From NCBI GenBank assembly GCA_051313645.2, contig JBNRSN020000003.1:63178001-63242000 (forward strand): a stretch of DNA of 64,000 nt, given 5' to 3'. The position numbers were made by a program, and so were the translations under genes. How positions within the stretch are numbered: position 1 is the first letter of the stretch; every line of letters begins with the position of its first letter. The notes under the pieces are model-generated. The model had not been told where the DNA came from. It did not search any database and was given only the letters and a program-made list of their open reading frames with translations. Below are positions 38,071 to 51,353 of the stretch, piece after piece. The DNA comes from Centroscyllium fabricii (lineage: Eukaryota).

Positions 38071-38400
38071 TTCTGAGGAAGGGTCACAGACCCGCGAACT
38101 TAACTCTGTTTCTCTCTCTCCACAGATGCTGCCTGGCCTGCTGAGTGTTTCCAGCATTTTCTGCTGTTATTTCAGATTTCCAGCATCCGCAGTATTTTGC
38201 TATTGAATTTGGAGAAAAAAAAATCCCAGCATAACATGGACAAATTCGAAAACAAATACTGGGGATGCTGGAAATCTGAAATAAAAGCAGAAAGTGCTGG
38301 AAACGCTCAGCAGGTCAGGCAGCATCTGTGGAGACAGAAACCGAGTTAACGTTTCAGGTCGTTGGCCTTTCATCAGAACTGGAAGATGTTAGAGATAGAC
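38071..38400. mobile_element. Two inverted Penelope-like terminal fragments (38071-38203 +, 38250-38400 -)
   Basis: Arms of about 130 bp are near reverse complements; same family as 21586-21775. Confidence 0.75.
38344..38380 (-). ncRNA. Minimal type I hammerhead ribozyme
   Basis: Minus strand: aguu CUGAUGA a aggcc aac gaccu GAAA cg UU aacu; one mismatch in helix II; palindrome AACGUU. Confidence 0.7.
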
Positions 38401-39085
38401 AGTTTTAAGCAAGTACAGAGCCAGAACAACAGATACATGGGAGCTGTACTTAAACCTACATCGGCGTTCATGGCTGCGGAATCGTGGTAACCTATATCTG
38501 GTTAGCCCGGGTCTATTTCCTTCCTGCAGACGCCAGCGCTATACATCAATGGAAGGGGAGCATGAATAAACAGCACAAGATACAAACAGTTCGGTCGCTT
38601 TAGCAGAACTCACAACTTCCATCGAATAATCAGGAGATTGAAACACAGACATTTTTTCACCAGTTTCACACCATGCCAGTGAAGGGTTAAATTCAAGACT
38701 CTTACATTTGTTTGCATGCGTTTGACGAGATTTTTGTAACTATAATATCGCAATTTAATATTGACAGTCCGTTTGCCTGCAAAACGTAACGTAACACAAC
38801 AGAATCAAACAAACCACTGTAGCATTTTAAATTAAATAGCCTAAAATAACTTGGCAAAGTAATTCTCAGATGTTATGTCAGTGCGCAATCCATTAAAACT
38901 GTTCAAAGTTAACCAAATGTTATGTAGCATAAGCAGTTATTACATGTAAGTTGAGGTATTTACCAAAGAATTGTCCACACCTTGTGGCTCTGATGGGTTC
39001 TGCGTACCCGAAGATAATTTAGCCCAACAAACCTTGAATTATTTGATCAAGAGTTGTATTTTAATAGCAAACATTAGTTCTAGTG

Positions 39086-39577
39086 GGGGAGGCGGTGGCG
39101 TAGTGGTTATGTCACTAGACTAGAGGCTCAGTCAAATGCTCTGAAGATATGGGTTCAAATCCCACCACGGCAGCTGGTGGAATTTAAATTCAATTCAAAT
39201 TAATTCTGGAATTAAATGTTAGTCATAATAATGGCGACCATGATACCATTGTCGATTGTTGCAAAAACCCATCTGGTTCACTAATGTCCTTCAGGGAAGG
39301 AAATCTGCTGTCCTTACCTGGTCTGGCCTACATGTGACTCCAGACCCACAGCAATGTGGTTGACTCTTAATGCCCTCTGAAATGGCCTAGCAATCCCCTC
39401 AGTTGTAAAAAAACAACCGCTACGCAACATTGTGGGTGTACCTACACCATATGGACTGCAGCGGGTCAAGGCGGCGGCTCACCACCATCTTCTCGAGGGC
39501 AATTTTAGGGATGGGCACTAAATGCAGGCCTAGCCAGCCAGCGACACCCACATCCCATCAAGGAATTTAAAAAAAAG
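39086..39577 (+). mobile_element. tRNA-derived SINE (third family), full length
   Basis: GGTGGCGTAGTGG A box, GGTTCAAATCC B box, core CCCATCTGGTTCACTAATGTCCTTCAGGGAAGGAAATCTG, A-rich end; second copy at 50050-50512. Confidence 0.85.
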
Positions 39578-42379
39578 TCTGTGGGTAGGTTAAGTCAAGC
39601 GATTTAATACAGGTTTTGGGAATGTAACATACGAAGGGATTTGTTAGAAACTGATCTATAAAGGAATCTATGGAAAATGAACACTACAAGATCCTGCTCA
39701 CATTTAGTTTAATATTACCATGTGTGCAGAAAATAATTGGTCTTTGCCGAAAAGTTGTTCGACACAGGCTGCTGGCAAAGAGTTTTAAGAGGATCCTATT
39801 ACCGGGAAACTAAATCTTGGTGCAATTATAAGGACAATCGTTGCCAAACACGGGGAACGTTAAGGATCACCAGCATCCTAATTATAATTATGGATGAGAA
39901 AAGTGTCATGTGCCATTATGGTCAGTTACTGTTTGTTTCAGGCCTAGAGGGCCGATGCTGGGGGTTACACGCAGATAGTTTTCAGCCGTATTGGCTTCTG
40001 GCATCCTCTGTGGTGAAGCCACTGCTCATACCGTGCGCCTGTTCGCTGGATCTATGTGCCTGGGCTATTATCACACACAATAAACGACTCCCCCCCCTGA
40101 AACTATTCCCCAAGGTTAGCAGAATGTGTGCGGGGGGGGGGGGGGGGGTAGCAGGAATCAATAGCTAACAGCCACTCCCAAAGCTGTAAGTACGCCTCCC
40201 ACCTCGCAGTGAAACTGCTCATCAACTGTCGGAGCAACATGGTGAAACTGTCTGATATAATCACCAAGTACTAGTTAAATAAATATATTTATCTCTCTTA
40301 AGTAGTCATAATATATTTTATTTGTTTTTGAAATGCCTTCTGGAACCGATCAGAATGGTTGTTATAGTGATTTGGCAATCGCAAACCTCCTCAAATGACA
40401 GCAGGACTCTGACTAGAGATTACTCGTTAGATTAGAATAGAATATTTAACCCTGCTTCCACACGACCAACTTTAGATGACACTTAAACATACATTGGAAA
40501 TTGATAACACCTTCCAAACTAGGGAATAATATTTCCTATATTTAATTTCAAAATTATAATTTATAATTTCAGTAATGACTTGAGCTACGTAGTATAGTAA
40601 CAATCACATTTAAAAGTCCTTGAGGATAATGACAATAGAAATTACATTAATGGAATGATATAGTTTATGTTTGGAATTAATTACAATTCATTACATTTCT
40701 CCTAATCCATTAGAAACAACTAGCACTTTATTGGAATGAACATGCCAACAGCCTAGACTTTAAACAAAAAGTGTAAGATTCCATCCTATTGAAGGTTCCA
40801 TATGATTCACTGTTTCACTGGCTATTTCATTGCTTGCCTTAAAATTTAATAAAGGGTGTATTTCATTGCCAATGTTTCTTGTGTTTTTCAAACTTTAGCT
40901 TTATAAAAGGTTGATAGGTCTGACCAGAGGGCCTCCCCTCTGATATCACTGCGGTGTCTATTGACTCTTCCTGGCTTTTTAAAACTGCTCACCAGAGGCC
41001 ATCCAGTTCTTGAGTCCAGAAAAGCGCAACAGAAAATCAGAGAAATAGACTGCCGATCAAACTAAGAAATATACAGAGACCTTTTCGCTCATATTCAGAG
41101 GTAATTAAATAACACCAACCAACTTACATGCGTACTATACTATGAATGGAAGCTCGCCTGGTGGATAGAAGGATTCGGCCTTGTTTAGTTTATTAAATTA
41201 GGGTAGCTGAGTTTCTTTGAGCATTGGTTTTAGGATCAGAATGTCCCAAGGTTGGAATCCCAACGAGCTGCTCCTCCTGAGGTGGACAGAATGAGTACCC
41301 TGTCTTGTGACATGGGAGGAAAGCTGTGCTGGCCACACTGTTGTGATAAAATATTCCTGGCTGCTTTGGCAATGAAAGTGGGGAATCAGTGCTGCACCCA
41401 AAGAAACTATGTCCGAAGAAGAGTGATCACAGTGGGTTCACTTCTTGCTCGCTTTCTCTCCCCACTGCATTATACTCAGTTCCAGAGTGCAGCATATGCA
41501 CATATGCATATTAATTAACTGAAAGATCCAACAAGCTGAGCACTTAGACCGTCAGTGGGATTTTAGGTGAAGCTTGTTGTCATCTATGGCTTGCTTCGAT
41601 GCTTAATCAAGAGAATGTTGAAGCAGCCTGGAGAATCACATTTCCCTGGTGCATTCTTGTCTTCGAAGAAAACTAGTCAGAGTTCTGGTATCACAGGCAC
41701 TTCTACAGTATTGCTCAGCAGACTGAGCCAAACTCAGTCAGAAAAATTGATCAAACAGGGCAGATGAAACCACAAAAAATGTCATTCATTTGCCAGACAT
41801 AAAGGATCTACTATTAACATATTCTGCCTACGTGGATCCCCACTTGTTATCTGCCACTGATATGCTAGGCTGAATGACTTTCAATAACGAACTGTTGATG
41901 GTCATAAACCAATGCCAGGGTCACATTTAACAGGGCACATAATCCGGACAGGAGAGGGAAACATCTTCTGTAGTGCCAAGCACATATATAAGTAGCAAGC
42001 TCTGACAAACATATAAAGGTGTCTATCCACACTTGTTGCATCAAAGAACAATTTAAGAAGTAACAGCCCAATCATGGGTCTCACTGAAAAAAATATTCCA
42101 TGGGTTATAGTGACAAAAAGAGCCACAGAATGGCAAGGATACAAATGGTCTGAACTGTGGGAACCCATTAAATAATATCACAAGTTGGCGATCACAATGC
42201 AGGTCATAAGTTACAAATAGAAATAGAGAATGAGAAGGAGGAACAATAAGAACATAGGAAAGAATAGGAGACAGAATAGTAAGACATGTAAAAAGCATGC
42301 ATTATCCTCCTCCTCATCCACCAAGGACTTCCTTCTCCCCCATCTCTGCAAGCTTCTCCAGCTCTATGTGTGAGCCTTA

Positions 42380-43410
42380 GACTCTGTGGTAGCACTCTTG
42401 TTAGAAGATTGTGGGTTAAAGCCTCACTGCAGAGGCTTGCGCACATCATCAAGGCGACACTTCGGTGCAGCACTGAGGGAGTGCTGCACTGCTGGAGGTG
42501 CCATCTTTCAGATAAAATGCTAAATCAAGGCCCTGTGTGTCTGCTTGGGTGGCTGTAAAAGATCCCATGGCGCTATTTGAAGAAGAGAGTGGCCATGTTC
42601 ATAATGTCCTGGCCAACATTTATCCCTCAATCAGCACCACTAAAATAATTTAACTTGTAATTTATCTCATTGCTGTTTATAGGACCTTGTTGTGCACAAA
42701 TTGGATGCCTTGTTTTCCGACAAAACAACAGCGACTACAATACATGAGGATGAGCAAATGAAGACTTTAAAAATTGGGGCTGCTATCATTGGAACAGAGG
42801 AAATTACAAGGTGTTTAAAATTAAGAAAGAATGAGACAACGTAGGTAGAAACCAGACACCAGAACTTTCAGCTTTGGTGGGTGTGTAAAACGGGCAATAT
42901 CGGACTGGTCACTTATTATATGCCCCGCCCGAATGAAGGGCAGCCAATCCAGTATCGCCCTCTTTACACTCCTGTTGAAGTTAATAGTTCCCCCCAGACT
43001 GTTTCCAGTAGTTGAGAAGTCTAGAATAAGGGGCCAGAGATATAAGACATACATGTAAGAAATTTAACACAAAAAGCAGGAGAAACCTTTTTCCACCGAG
43101 AGTTGTGAGCGTGCGCAATACACTGCCAGAGTTTAGTGACTGAAGCAGAGACCATGTCAACATTTAAGTATAGGATTGATAAGAGGCTGATGGAAAGGTG
43201 GAAATAAAGAGAAAAGGGAACAGGCTGGCCACATGGGACTAGAACTATTGCTTGTGTGGAACATAAACACTAACACCGACTGGTTAGACTCAACATCCTG
43301 TTCCCGTGTTGTAATTTCTATGTGATTTCAAAGTAGTTTATTGGCTATGAAGCTATTTGGAATGCCCTGAGGACATGAATGGTGCTATACAAATGCAAGC
43401 TCTTGCTTTC
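42380..43410 (+). mobile_element. SacSINE1-like copy interrupted by an old CR1-like 3' fragment (about 42750-43325)
   Basis: Deu core at 42490-42630; SINE tail resumes near 43328; CR1-like FSTESCERAQYTARV-frame remnants and 3' UTR between. Confidence 0.65.
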
Positions 43411-44049
43411 TAAAACATTTCTCAAATGCTTTGTTCATCTGATTCTGGACTTCAGTTCATCCCTTCATTGATTTTCCTCACCAGAGCCTTCAGCCACCTT
43501 ATCCTGTTCTCTGGTTCTCCCCATTGCTAAATCTTTTCCACTCTTCATCTCTTTCTCAAAACCCATTTCTCCAACCAAGTTTTCAGTCACCCCTCCTAAT
43601 CTCTCTCTTCCTGGCTATGCATCGATTTCCTTATGCTCATCTGTGAAGTGTCTTGGGACATTTCATTCTTATTGAATGGCGGAGCAGGCTCGAGGGGCCG
43701 ATTTCTTATGTTCTTATGAAAGGTGATGTAAGAAAACTACTAGGCACTTGGTCTAAGCATTAAACGAATCTTTAATCAACTGTTTTACAACATGGTGGTC
43801 TAGTTGTCCTTCTCTAGTTCCTGTTAAGAATGTCCTGCGCAAACTGGGCCCATGCCCAAGTATTTATATTCTCCCTGGACAGCACCACCCACAGGCCACT
43901 CAGTATTATTTCATAAGTCTGTCTTTCATGAATGACTGAGTCATGTCAAAAGGTACTATACAAATTCACACTGTTGTTGTTATCATTGAATTTACTAGTT
44001 TCAAGAGGCCTCATGAGCCCTGGTAATGGAGTACTGTCAGGCCTTATAC

Positions 44050-45335
44050 TGCCTGGGATGGCAGGAATGACGTATGAGGAGAGATTGAGTCAATTGGGCT
44101 GATACTCACTGGAGTTTAGAAGATTGAGAGGGGATCTCATCGAAACCTATAAAATTCTGTCAGGCTTGGACAGACTAGATGCAGGAAGGGTGTTCCCGAT
44201 GGCCAGAGAGTCCAGAACTAGGGGTCGTTGCCTAAGGATAAGGGATAAGCCATTTAGGACTGAGATGAGGAGGAATTTCTTCACTCAGAGAGTGGTGAAT
44301 CTGTGGAATTCTCTGCCACAGAGGGCGGTGGAGGCTAGTTCATTAAATATATTCAAGAAGGAGTTGGATATATTCCTTAAGGCTAAAGGTATCAAGGGAT
44401 ATCACCAACAACGATGAGTCAGCCTACAGGGATGAGATCCAGTGCCTTGTGGGATGGTGTGCCGACAACAACCTGGCACTGAACACCAAGAAATCTAAGG
44501 AGATCATAGTGGACTTCTGGAAGACTGAAAGCAGAAGACACACCCCCATCTTCATCCCAAGGGGCTGAGGTGGAAAGGGTGTCCAGCTTCAAGTTCCTCG
44601 GGGTCCACATCTCGGAAGACCTCTCCTGGTCACTAAACACCTCCTCTCTGGTTAAGAAGGCCCAACAGTGCCTGTACTTCTTAAGGAAGCTGAAAAAAGC
44701 CAAGCTGTCATCCGGCTTCCTCTCCAACTTCTACTGCTGCACAATCGAAAGCATACTGACAAGCTGCATCACAGTCTGGTATGGAAACTGCACCATCTCG
44801 GACCGGAAGGCCCTGCAGCGGGTAGTCAAAACTGCCCAACGAATCACCGGCACCCAGCTACCGTCAATTGAAAGCAGCTACCTCAAACGATGCCTACGGA
44901 GGTCTCTGAACATTATTAAAGACCCCACACACCCCAGCCACAGTCTGTTCGCCCCCCTGCCCTCCGGGAGACGCTACAGATCAATTCGCACCTGCACGAC
45001 TAGATTCAAGAACAGCTTCTTCTCCAGGGCTGTCAGCCTCCTGAACTCTAACAAAAAACTCCTGTATCTGCACACCTGAAATGTACTTTACTGTATGCAA
45101 TTGCATGTAAATTATTTGCACTACTCTCGGGAGCGGCGAGTCTTCATTTCGTTGTATTGTACTAGTACTCTGCAATGACAATAAAACTTGAATTGAATTG
45201 AATTGATATGGGGAGAAGGCAGGGACAGGGTACTGAATTTGGATAATCAGCCATGAGTCATTGAATGGAGGAGCAGGCTTGAGGGGCTGAATGGCCTACT
45301 CCTGCTCCTATCTTCTATGTTTTTATGTTTCTATG
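44050..45335 (+). mobile_element. CR1 3' fragment split by a Rex1/Babar insertion
   Basis: RGDLIETYKILSGLDRL...KGIKGY stops at about 44402 and resumes with GGGGAGAAGGCAGG at about 45210. Confidence 0.9.
44403..45204 (+). mobile_element. Rex1/Babar-clade LINE, 5'-truncated
   Basis: VERVSSFKFLGVHISEDLSWS...KKAQQ.LYFLRKL...ESILTSCITVWYG...LPSGRRYRS; (TTGAA)n tail; GATAT at both junctions. Confidence 0.9.
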
Positions 45336-46456
45336 TATAGTAGGAACTATTCTCAATCTGAGATATTTTAGTCCACAATGTATAGTCCACAAAGGGTGAT
45401 TAATAAAATAGATATACAGGTACTATATTGGGGAAGTCTCAACAGCCTGATTCAGCTTTTTATGTCACATTAATATTCGTAGGAAATGAACATTGTTTAT
45501 TATATTTCAATTATCAGTCTGTGTGACCACATAATAACAATCACTGCACTTGAGAATAATTTAGTATATGTGGAACTCTTTAAGCTGTTTCTTGTAAATG
45601 TAAATCTTTCTTTATATCAACCTGTTCTTTGTAGAGTATCTTATAATATTGAAATATAATAAACAAATGAGGGTGGTAAAATGAGATTTTATGAGATTTT
45701 TAAGTCCCTACACAGTAAGATCCCGATCTCAGCTGTGCTGTTCTGCAGTAACTCGAAGTGGAAGCTAGGTAATGAAAAGTAACTGAACAGTAACCCCAGG
45801 CTGTTTGTAAACTTATAGCAGCCAGGTCAAGAATTACTGTAGTTGCCAATCTGATCACCTTCTCAGGTAGGGATGTAGGTGGCACAGTAAGACCCGAGAA
45901 AGAGAAAGCGAAAATATTCAAAACAGGATGTCTCACCGCGCACCTCCCCCCCGCCCCATTGAAAAAAGTAAGGCACGACACATACAGAAAATTAATATTC
46001 TATTTACTTCTGTGGGAGTGCTTAGTCTTCATTTGTAGATGCTGTGATTATACGCCACAAATAAGTTATCTAGGTTAAACTCTCAAAATCAGATTTTAGT
46101 AATATGTATCTATAAATGTTTAGTCCACAAAAGGTGATTAATAAAATGGATATACTATATTGGGGAAATATGTTTATCTAGTTATCTTTAATATAAAGGC
46201 TAGGTCTTCCTGCATATAATTATTTTGAGTTATTGTTTGGTAATAAAGGTATATTAGGAATAGATCAGTATTCACACGGGAAGTTGCATCTCTGGTAATG
46301 GTTCACAGGCCAGCTAGATCAATGTATAGATTTCTAGAGCAGCAAGAGGATTGAATGACCTGCATAGTATCTGAAGACGGTATAAAATCTCACTATGGAC
46401 CAAAATAAAATCTGCCGTGCTATTGTTTTCTCAGTGTTGTTGTATGGGGTAAGATG

Positions 46457-46870
46457 GGGCGGCACGGTGGCACAGTGGTTAGCACTGTTGTCTCACAGCA
46501 CTGGAGACCCGGGTTCAAATCCAGCCTCGGGTACTGTCTGTGTGGAGTTTGCACATTCTCCCCGTGTCTGCGTGGGTTTCCTCCAGGTGCTCCGGTTTCC
46601 TCCCACAGTCCAAAGATGTCCGGGTTAGGTTGATTGGCCATGATAAATTGACCCTTAGTGTTAGGGGGATTGAATATGTGGGGTTACGGGAATGGGGCGG
46701 CACGGTGTGTGTCGATGCAGGCTTGATAGGGATCGAGGGATATGGGGAGAGGGCAGGGGCGGGGTACTGGGTTTGGGTGATCAGCCATGATCTCATTGAA
46801 TGGCGGAGCAGGCTCGAAGGGCCGAATGGCCTACTCCTGCTCCTAGTTTCTATGTTTCTATGTTTCTATG
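46457..46870 (+). mobile_element. HE1-like V-SINE, full length
   Basis: tRNA head, V-domain, CR1 tail, (TTTCTATG)3. Confidence 0.92.
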
Positions 46871-48477
46871 TTAAAAGGGCTGATAGGTGTATCCCTAGAA
46901 CCAATACAAAATTTGGACAGCTAAACTTCTTTGTCTGCCAGTGACTTGACTAAGCAGGATCTGGTCAGCTTAAGGAAGGAGACCAAGCTATCAGTACCGT
47001 ACAAGATCACGACTGGAGCAGCGCCACAAGCATAGTCAGCACTTAAGCGAGACTCCTGTGATTATGCTAGGAATACAAGAATTGCTGAGTCTGCACTTTG
47101 CCATTCTATGTCATCCATAAAGGCCATAAGATATACAGTAGTATAACTTTACACACTAGTTCCCCTGTCCATAAAGCTCCTTCTAGTCTCTATCATTTGA
47201 ATGCAGAAGTTCAAAATCAGTCAACAGCCACCTACTGAGCCGAGATTGACAGTGGATGGACCAAACCAGATGGTACGCAGCACAGATTTTGCAGACTGAT
47301 TGCTCAGAAATCACCAGGGTCAATTTGGTGAGATATACTTAGAATCATAGAATGGTTACAGCACTGGAGAAGGCCATTCGGCCCATCGAGCCCGTGCCGG
47401 CCTTCTGCAAGAGCACTTCAGCTAGTACCACTCCCCCACTCTTTCCCCGTGGCCCTGCAAATCATTTTCCTTCAGGTACTTATCTAACTCCCTTTTGAAA
47501 GCCATGATTGAATCTGACTCCACCACCCTTTCAGGAATTGCATTCCAGATCCTAACCACTCACTGAGTAAAAAAGTTTTTCCTCATGTCGCCTTTGGTTC
47601 TTCTGCCAATCACCTTAAACCTATGTCATTTGGTTCTCGACCCTTCTGCCAAAGGGAATAGCTTCTCTATTTACTCTGTCCAGACCCCTCATGATTTTGA
47701 TCACCTCTATCAAATCTCCTCTCAATCTTCTCTGCTCTAAGGAGAACAACCCCAGCTTCTCCAGTCTATCCACATAACTGGAGTCCCTCATCCCTGGAAT
47801 AATTCTCGTAAATCTTTTCTGCACCGTCTCTAAAGCCTTCATATCCTTCCTAAAGTGTGGTGCCCAGAATTGGACACAATACTACAGTTGAGGTTGAACC
47901 AGTGTTTTATACAAGTTCATCATAATTTCCACGCTTTGTACTCTATGGGCTGGATTTTTATTGGGCCATGGAGGTGGGCTTGGAGGTATGTGGGGGGGTT
48001 AAAATTGCATAAACTGGCAGGTGGGCTCAAACCCGTCTCCATCCCACCGCCAAGCAATTTAAAATAATTTGTGTCTAGTGGTCCCGTCTCCATCCCGCCT
48101 CCAAGAGGTGGGATAGGCCGTTAAGGCCCTTAACAAGCACTAAATTGCCTCTATAATGCCATTTTGAAAGGCCTTTGCGATTTCAACCCTTTTCCCACAT
48201 GAAACACACCTGTTCTGAAACACGACAGTGAAACCTGGCAGGAGCACAATTGGATTGCTCACTATTAGCAGCAGGTCAAACATTAAAGAGGAGATTTGAT
48301 CAGCCATCATTTGCAGGTGACAGGACCTTGTAGTCTCAGGTCTGGAGGAACTTGTAGAAGGCATAGCTACAGCTGTGGAAGTTTGGGGCCTGACACTCAA
48401 CTCCAGTGTGACCTCCTGAGAAACTCCTCTTGCCACCTTCACCGAGCGCTTCCTCAACTGAGGCATATACCAGAAGC

Positions 48478-48704
48478 ATGGGAATCATTTATTTCCTTTC
48501 CTCCTGGACAACAGATTTGGACGAAGACCAGCCGCAGCACCAGCAGAACCATGAACAACAGCACCACCAACAGCAGCAGCAACAACAAGAGTGCCAAGCT
48601 GCTGCTCTCCCACCTGAAGCTGCACAGGCCACAAAGCACCAGTGCGCGACCACATTGCTGCCCGGGATGCATGGAACGCTCTCATCTTGGTCAGATTTGC
48701 TTAG
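48478..48704 (+). pseudogene. Remnant of the Harbinger transposase: Q-rich N-terminus joined to a C-terminal-like segment
   Basis: MGIIYF...QQQQQQQ, then ARDAWNALILVRFA* in another frame (48660-48704); no DDE core; convergent with the Myb gene. Confidence 0.55.
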
Positions 48705-48961
48705 CCTAGCCATTCAAGAACTTTTGCCTTGCAGCTTCTTACCTGAGCCTCGACAATGGCCAAGGACCAGCGGATCCCTAGCAATTTGACCACCATACTG
48801 ACAATTGCAAGTAATCCTAAGCCCTCAATGTAGAAGTCCCATTCGCGAAATGGCACACGCCACAACTACAGCAGAAGCCATCAGATTTTTTATTTACATT
48901 ATTTATCTGATGGCTTTTCCACATAAAACATCAAATTTCACCCAAGTGATTACCCTTGTGA

Positions 48962-51353
48962 CTATTTGTACAGTGTCTTTCTCTTACGCGTGCTTCTACG
49001 TGGTGCTTCCGCCGTGGCTTTAGCAGATGTGGAGGCCCCTTGCTCACTTTCCTGCTGCTCCTGTCTCGACACCTTTTGCGGGCGTCCTCTGGGGTGGCGA
49101 ACCTGTGAGGGCTCATCAACAGTCTGCTGCTCCTGTGGCTGTGCAGGGGTTGAGACACCAATCTCAGTTGGTTGTGGACTCTGGTGGGGCTCTGACCGAG
49201 GGCTCTGCAGTGGCATCGAAGTGTGAGTGCTTGGAGAGGAGCCCCCACTTCCTTGATGTCTGCCACCAACTTCCCTCTCATGGGTCAGGCCCCCCTCAGT
49301 GCTTGCAAGTGGCTTGAGAGCACCTTGCTGCACATCACGGGGGCCATGGGGACCCGTATCTGCACTGGCAGTCCTACTCAGAAGGACTTCCATGAAGGTC
49401 TGGTTTCTCTGTTCAATAGATGGCCATCACACCTCCAGAGATGTTATTCTATTATGAACACTCACCATGTTTTCTGCATTCTGGCGACTTATCACCTCCA
49501 TGGAGGTTGCCATCCTTTCCATGGTGATGTGTCCATGCGCCAATGACTCCACAAAGGCTCTGCTCATATTCGCTATGGACTCCTGCATTTGCTCCACATT
49601 CTTAGTGACCCCGGAGACAAAACCTGCCAGAGACTCCTGCATCTGTTCCTGGAGCTCCAGCACCTCTGATCTTATGGAAGAAAAAAAGGCAGAGGGTCGA
49701 CATGCAGCGGAGCCGAGCTGGCAGAGTCCTGTGCCCTCCGACTAGGACTCTCCACTGCTGTCCCTGACTCCACAATCTGCTGTTGCTCACTTGTGAGCTG
49801 TGATACACCAGGTGACAACACAACTCTATGTCCAGAAGGTCCCACCGAGGTGTGAGTGTCAGCGCTGGTGCTGGGTGCGCTGAATTCTGCTCATGCTGCG
49901 CCCTCAGAGGTTGCAGCTTCCTCTGATGAGTCTGGATGCTTAGGCTCTATCTTCTAGCTAGTGGGGATGGGTGCTTGCGATGGTCCTGTGGGGAGTAAAG
50001 GAAAGAGTCAGAGATGTGATGCCAAGGTTACAAGCACATTGCATATTTTGTTTATTCATTGATGGGATGTGGGGCGTCGCTGGCTGGCTAGGCCTGCATT
50101 TAGTGCCCATCCCTAATTGCCCTTGAGAAGATGGTGGTGAGCCGCCTTCTTGAACCGCTGCAGTCTTATTGTTTTTCGTAGCGGTTGTTAACAACTGAGT
50201 GACTTGCTAGGCCATTTCAGAGGGCATTAAGAGTCAACCACATTGCTGTGGGTCTGGAGTCACATGTAGGCCAGACCAGGTAAGGACAGCATATTTCCTT
50301 CCTTAAAGGATGTTAGTGAACCAGATGGGTTTTTGCAACAATCGACAATGGTCACCATTACTAAGACTAACATTTAATTCCAGAATTAAATTGAATTGAA
50401 TTTAAATTCCACCAGCTGCCGTGGTGGGATTTGAACCCATATCCTCAGAGCATTTGACTGAGCCTCTAGGCTTACTAGTCTAGTGACATAACCACTATGC
50501 CACCGCCTCCCCTAGGTGCAGATGATCATAAGTTCATCTGTTAGAGCTTCAGAATCATTATCAGTGACTCATGCAATGTCAATGAGAGAGACGTAAAACT
50601 ATTCTGTCATCAACTTGCTGTGATGCATCTGTCAATCCATCCCCCACTTGCGCATCTTCCTCCACTCCTACGATCTCCAGGACCACCTCCTCCCAGGGGG
50701 TGTGGTGGGCTACTGAGGGTGGCCCTCCTCCTGTCCTCGTTCTTTCTCGCTTATTGTGAGCTCTCTTTTCCTGCAATGAGGGAGACAAGTGTAGGTTGAG
50801 TGAGAATGAAGGAGTGAGTGCAGAGATTCCATAGCATCAATACTTAGAAGGAGACAAAGATGGAGTGAGGTGGCAAGACCAAGGGCCCTCCCTGTGTGTT
50901 GTCAGTTGTTTTCATAGCATCGCAGTGATAGGGAGTGTGAGGGCTGCATTGTCGAATAGTTAGGTGAATGTGACCATAGAGAGAGGGGGAATGGATAAGG
51001 GTGCATGGATTTCAGTGTCAAGTGGAATGTGGAGGAAGAGATTGCTAAAGCTGAGTGCTGGTGAGGAAAGGCAATGGGGATCAGATTGAGAGTGATGGGA
51101 AATTCATATTCACATTTCAAGTGCACAGAAGGTCATGAAATCTCTTCCTGCACTGTATCCAGGTTCTGCAGGTTACCGATAAGTAGTTAACCTCCTCTGC
51201 CACTTGCAGCCATACAGCCTTGGTCTGCTGGGGATGCTTCTTCCTCCCTGAAGAAGGGAAGAGCCCCTCCTTATGAGCTCTTGCTCCCTCCACTAAAGCC
51301 TGCAGAGCAACGTCGTCAAATCTTGGAGTAGATCGAGGTCTTTCACTGGCCAT
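48962..51353 (-). pseudogene. Harbinger Myb/SANT-like DNA-binding protein gene, three exons (about 51353-51114, 50770-50610, 49985-48962), disrupted
   Basis: PRFDDVALQALV...AVWLQVAEEVN...RTWIQCRKRFHDL; EKRAHNKRERTRTGGGP; coiled coil; basic RRSTRKRK end; in-frame TGA at 51117-51119. Confidence 0.8.
50050..50512 (-). mobile_element. tRNA-derived SINE, same family as 39086-39577, inside a Harbinger intron
   Basis: Reverse-complement match to 39086-39577. Confidence 0.85.

Noticed and set aside
44570-45079. Host ALKBH8-like gene (DUF1891 similarity)
   Set aside because: The domain is part of the Rex1/Babar ORF; the copy has a repeat tail and a second copy nearby
46457-46530. tRNA genes at SINE heads (also 6437, 14620, 39086, 50440)
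   Set aside because: A and B boxes run straight into SINE bodies; no complete cloverleaf or terminator
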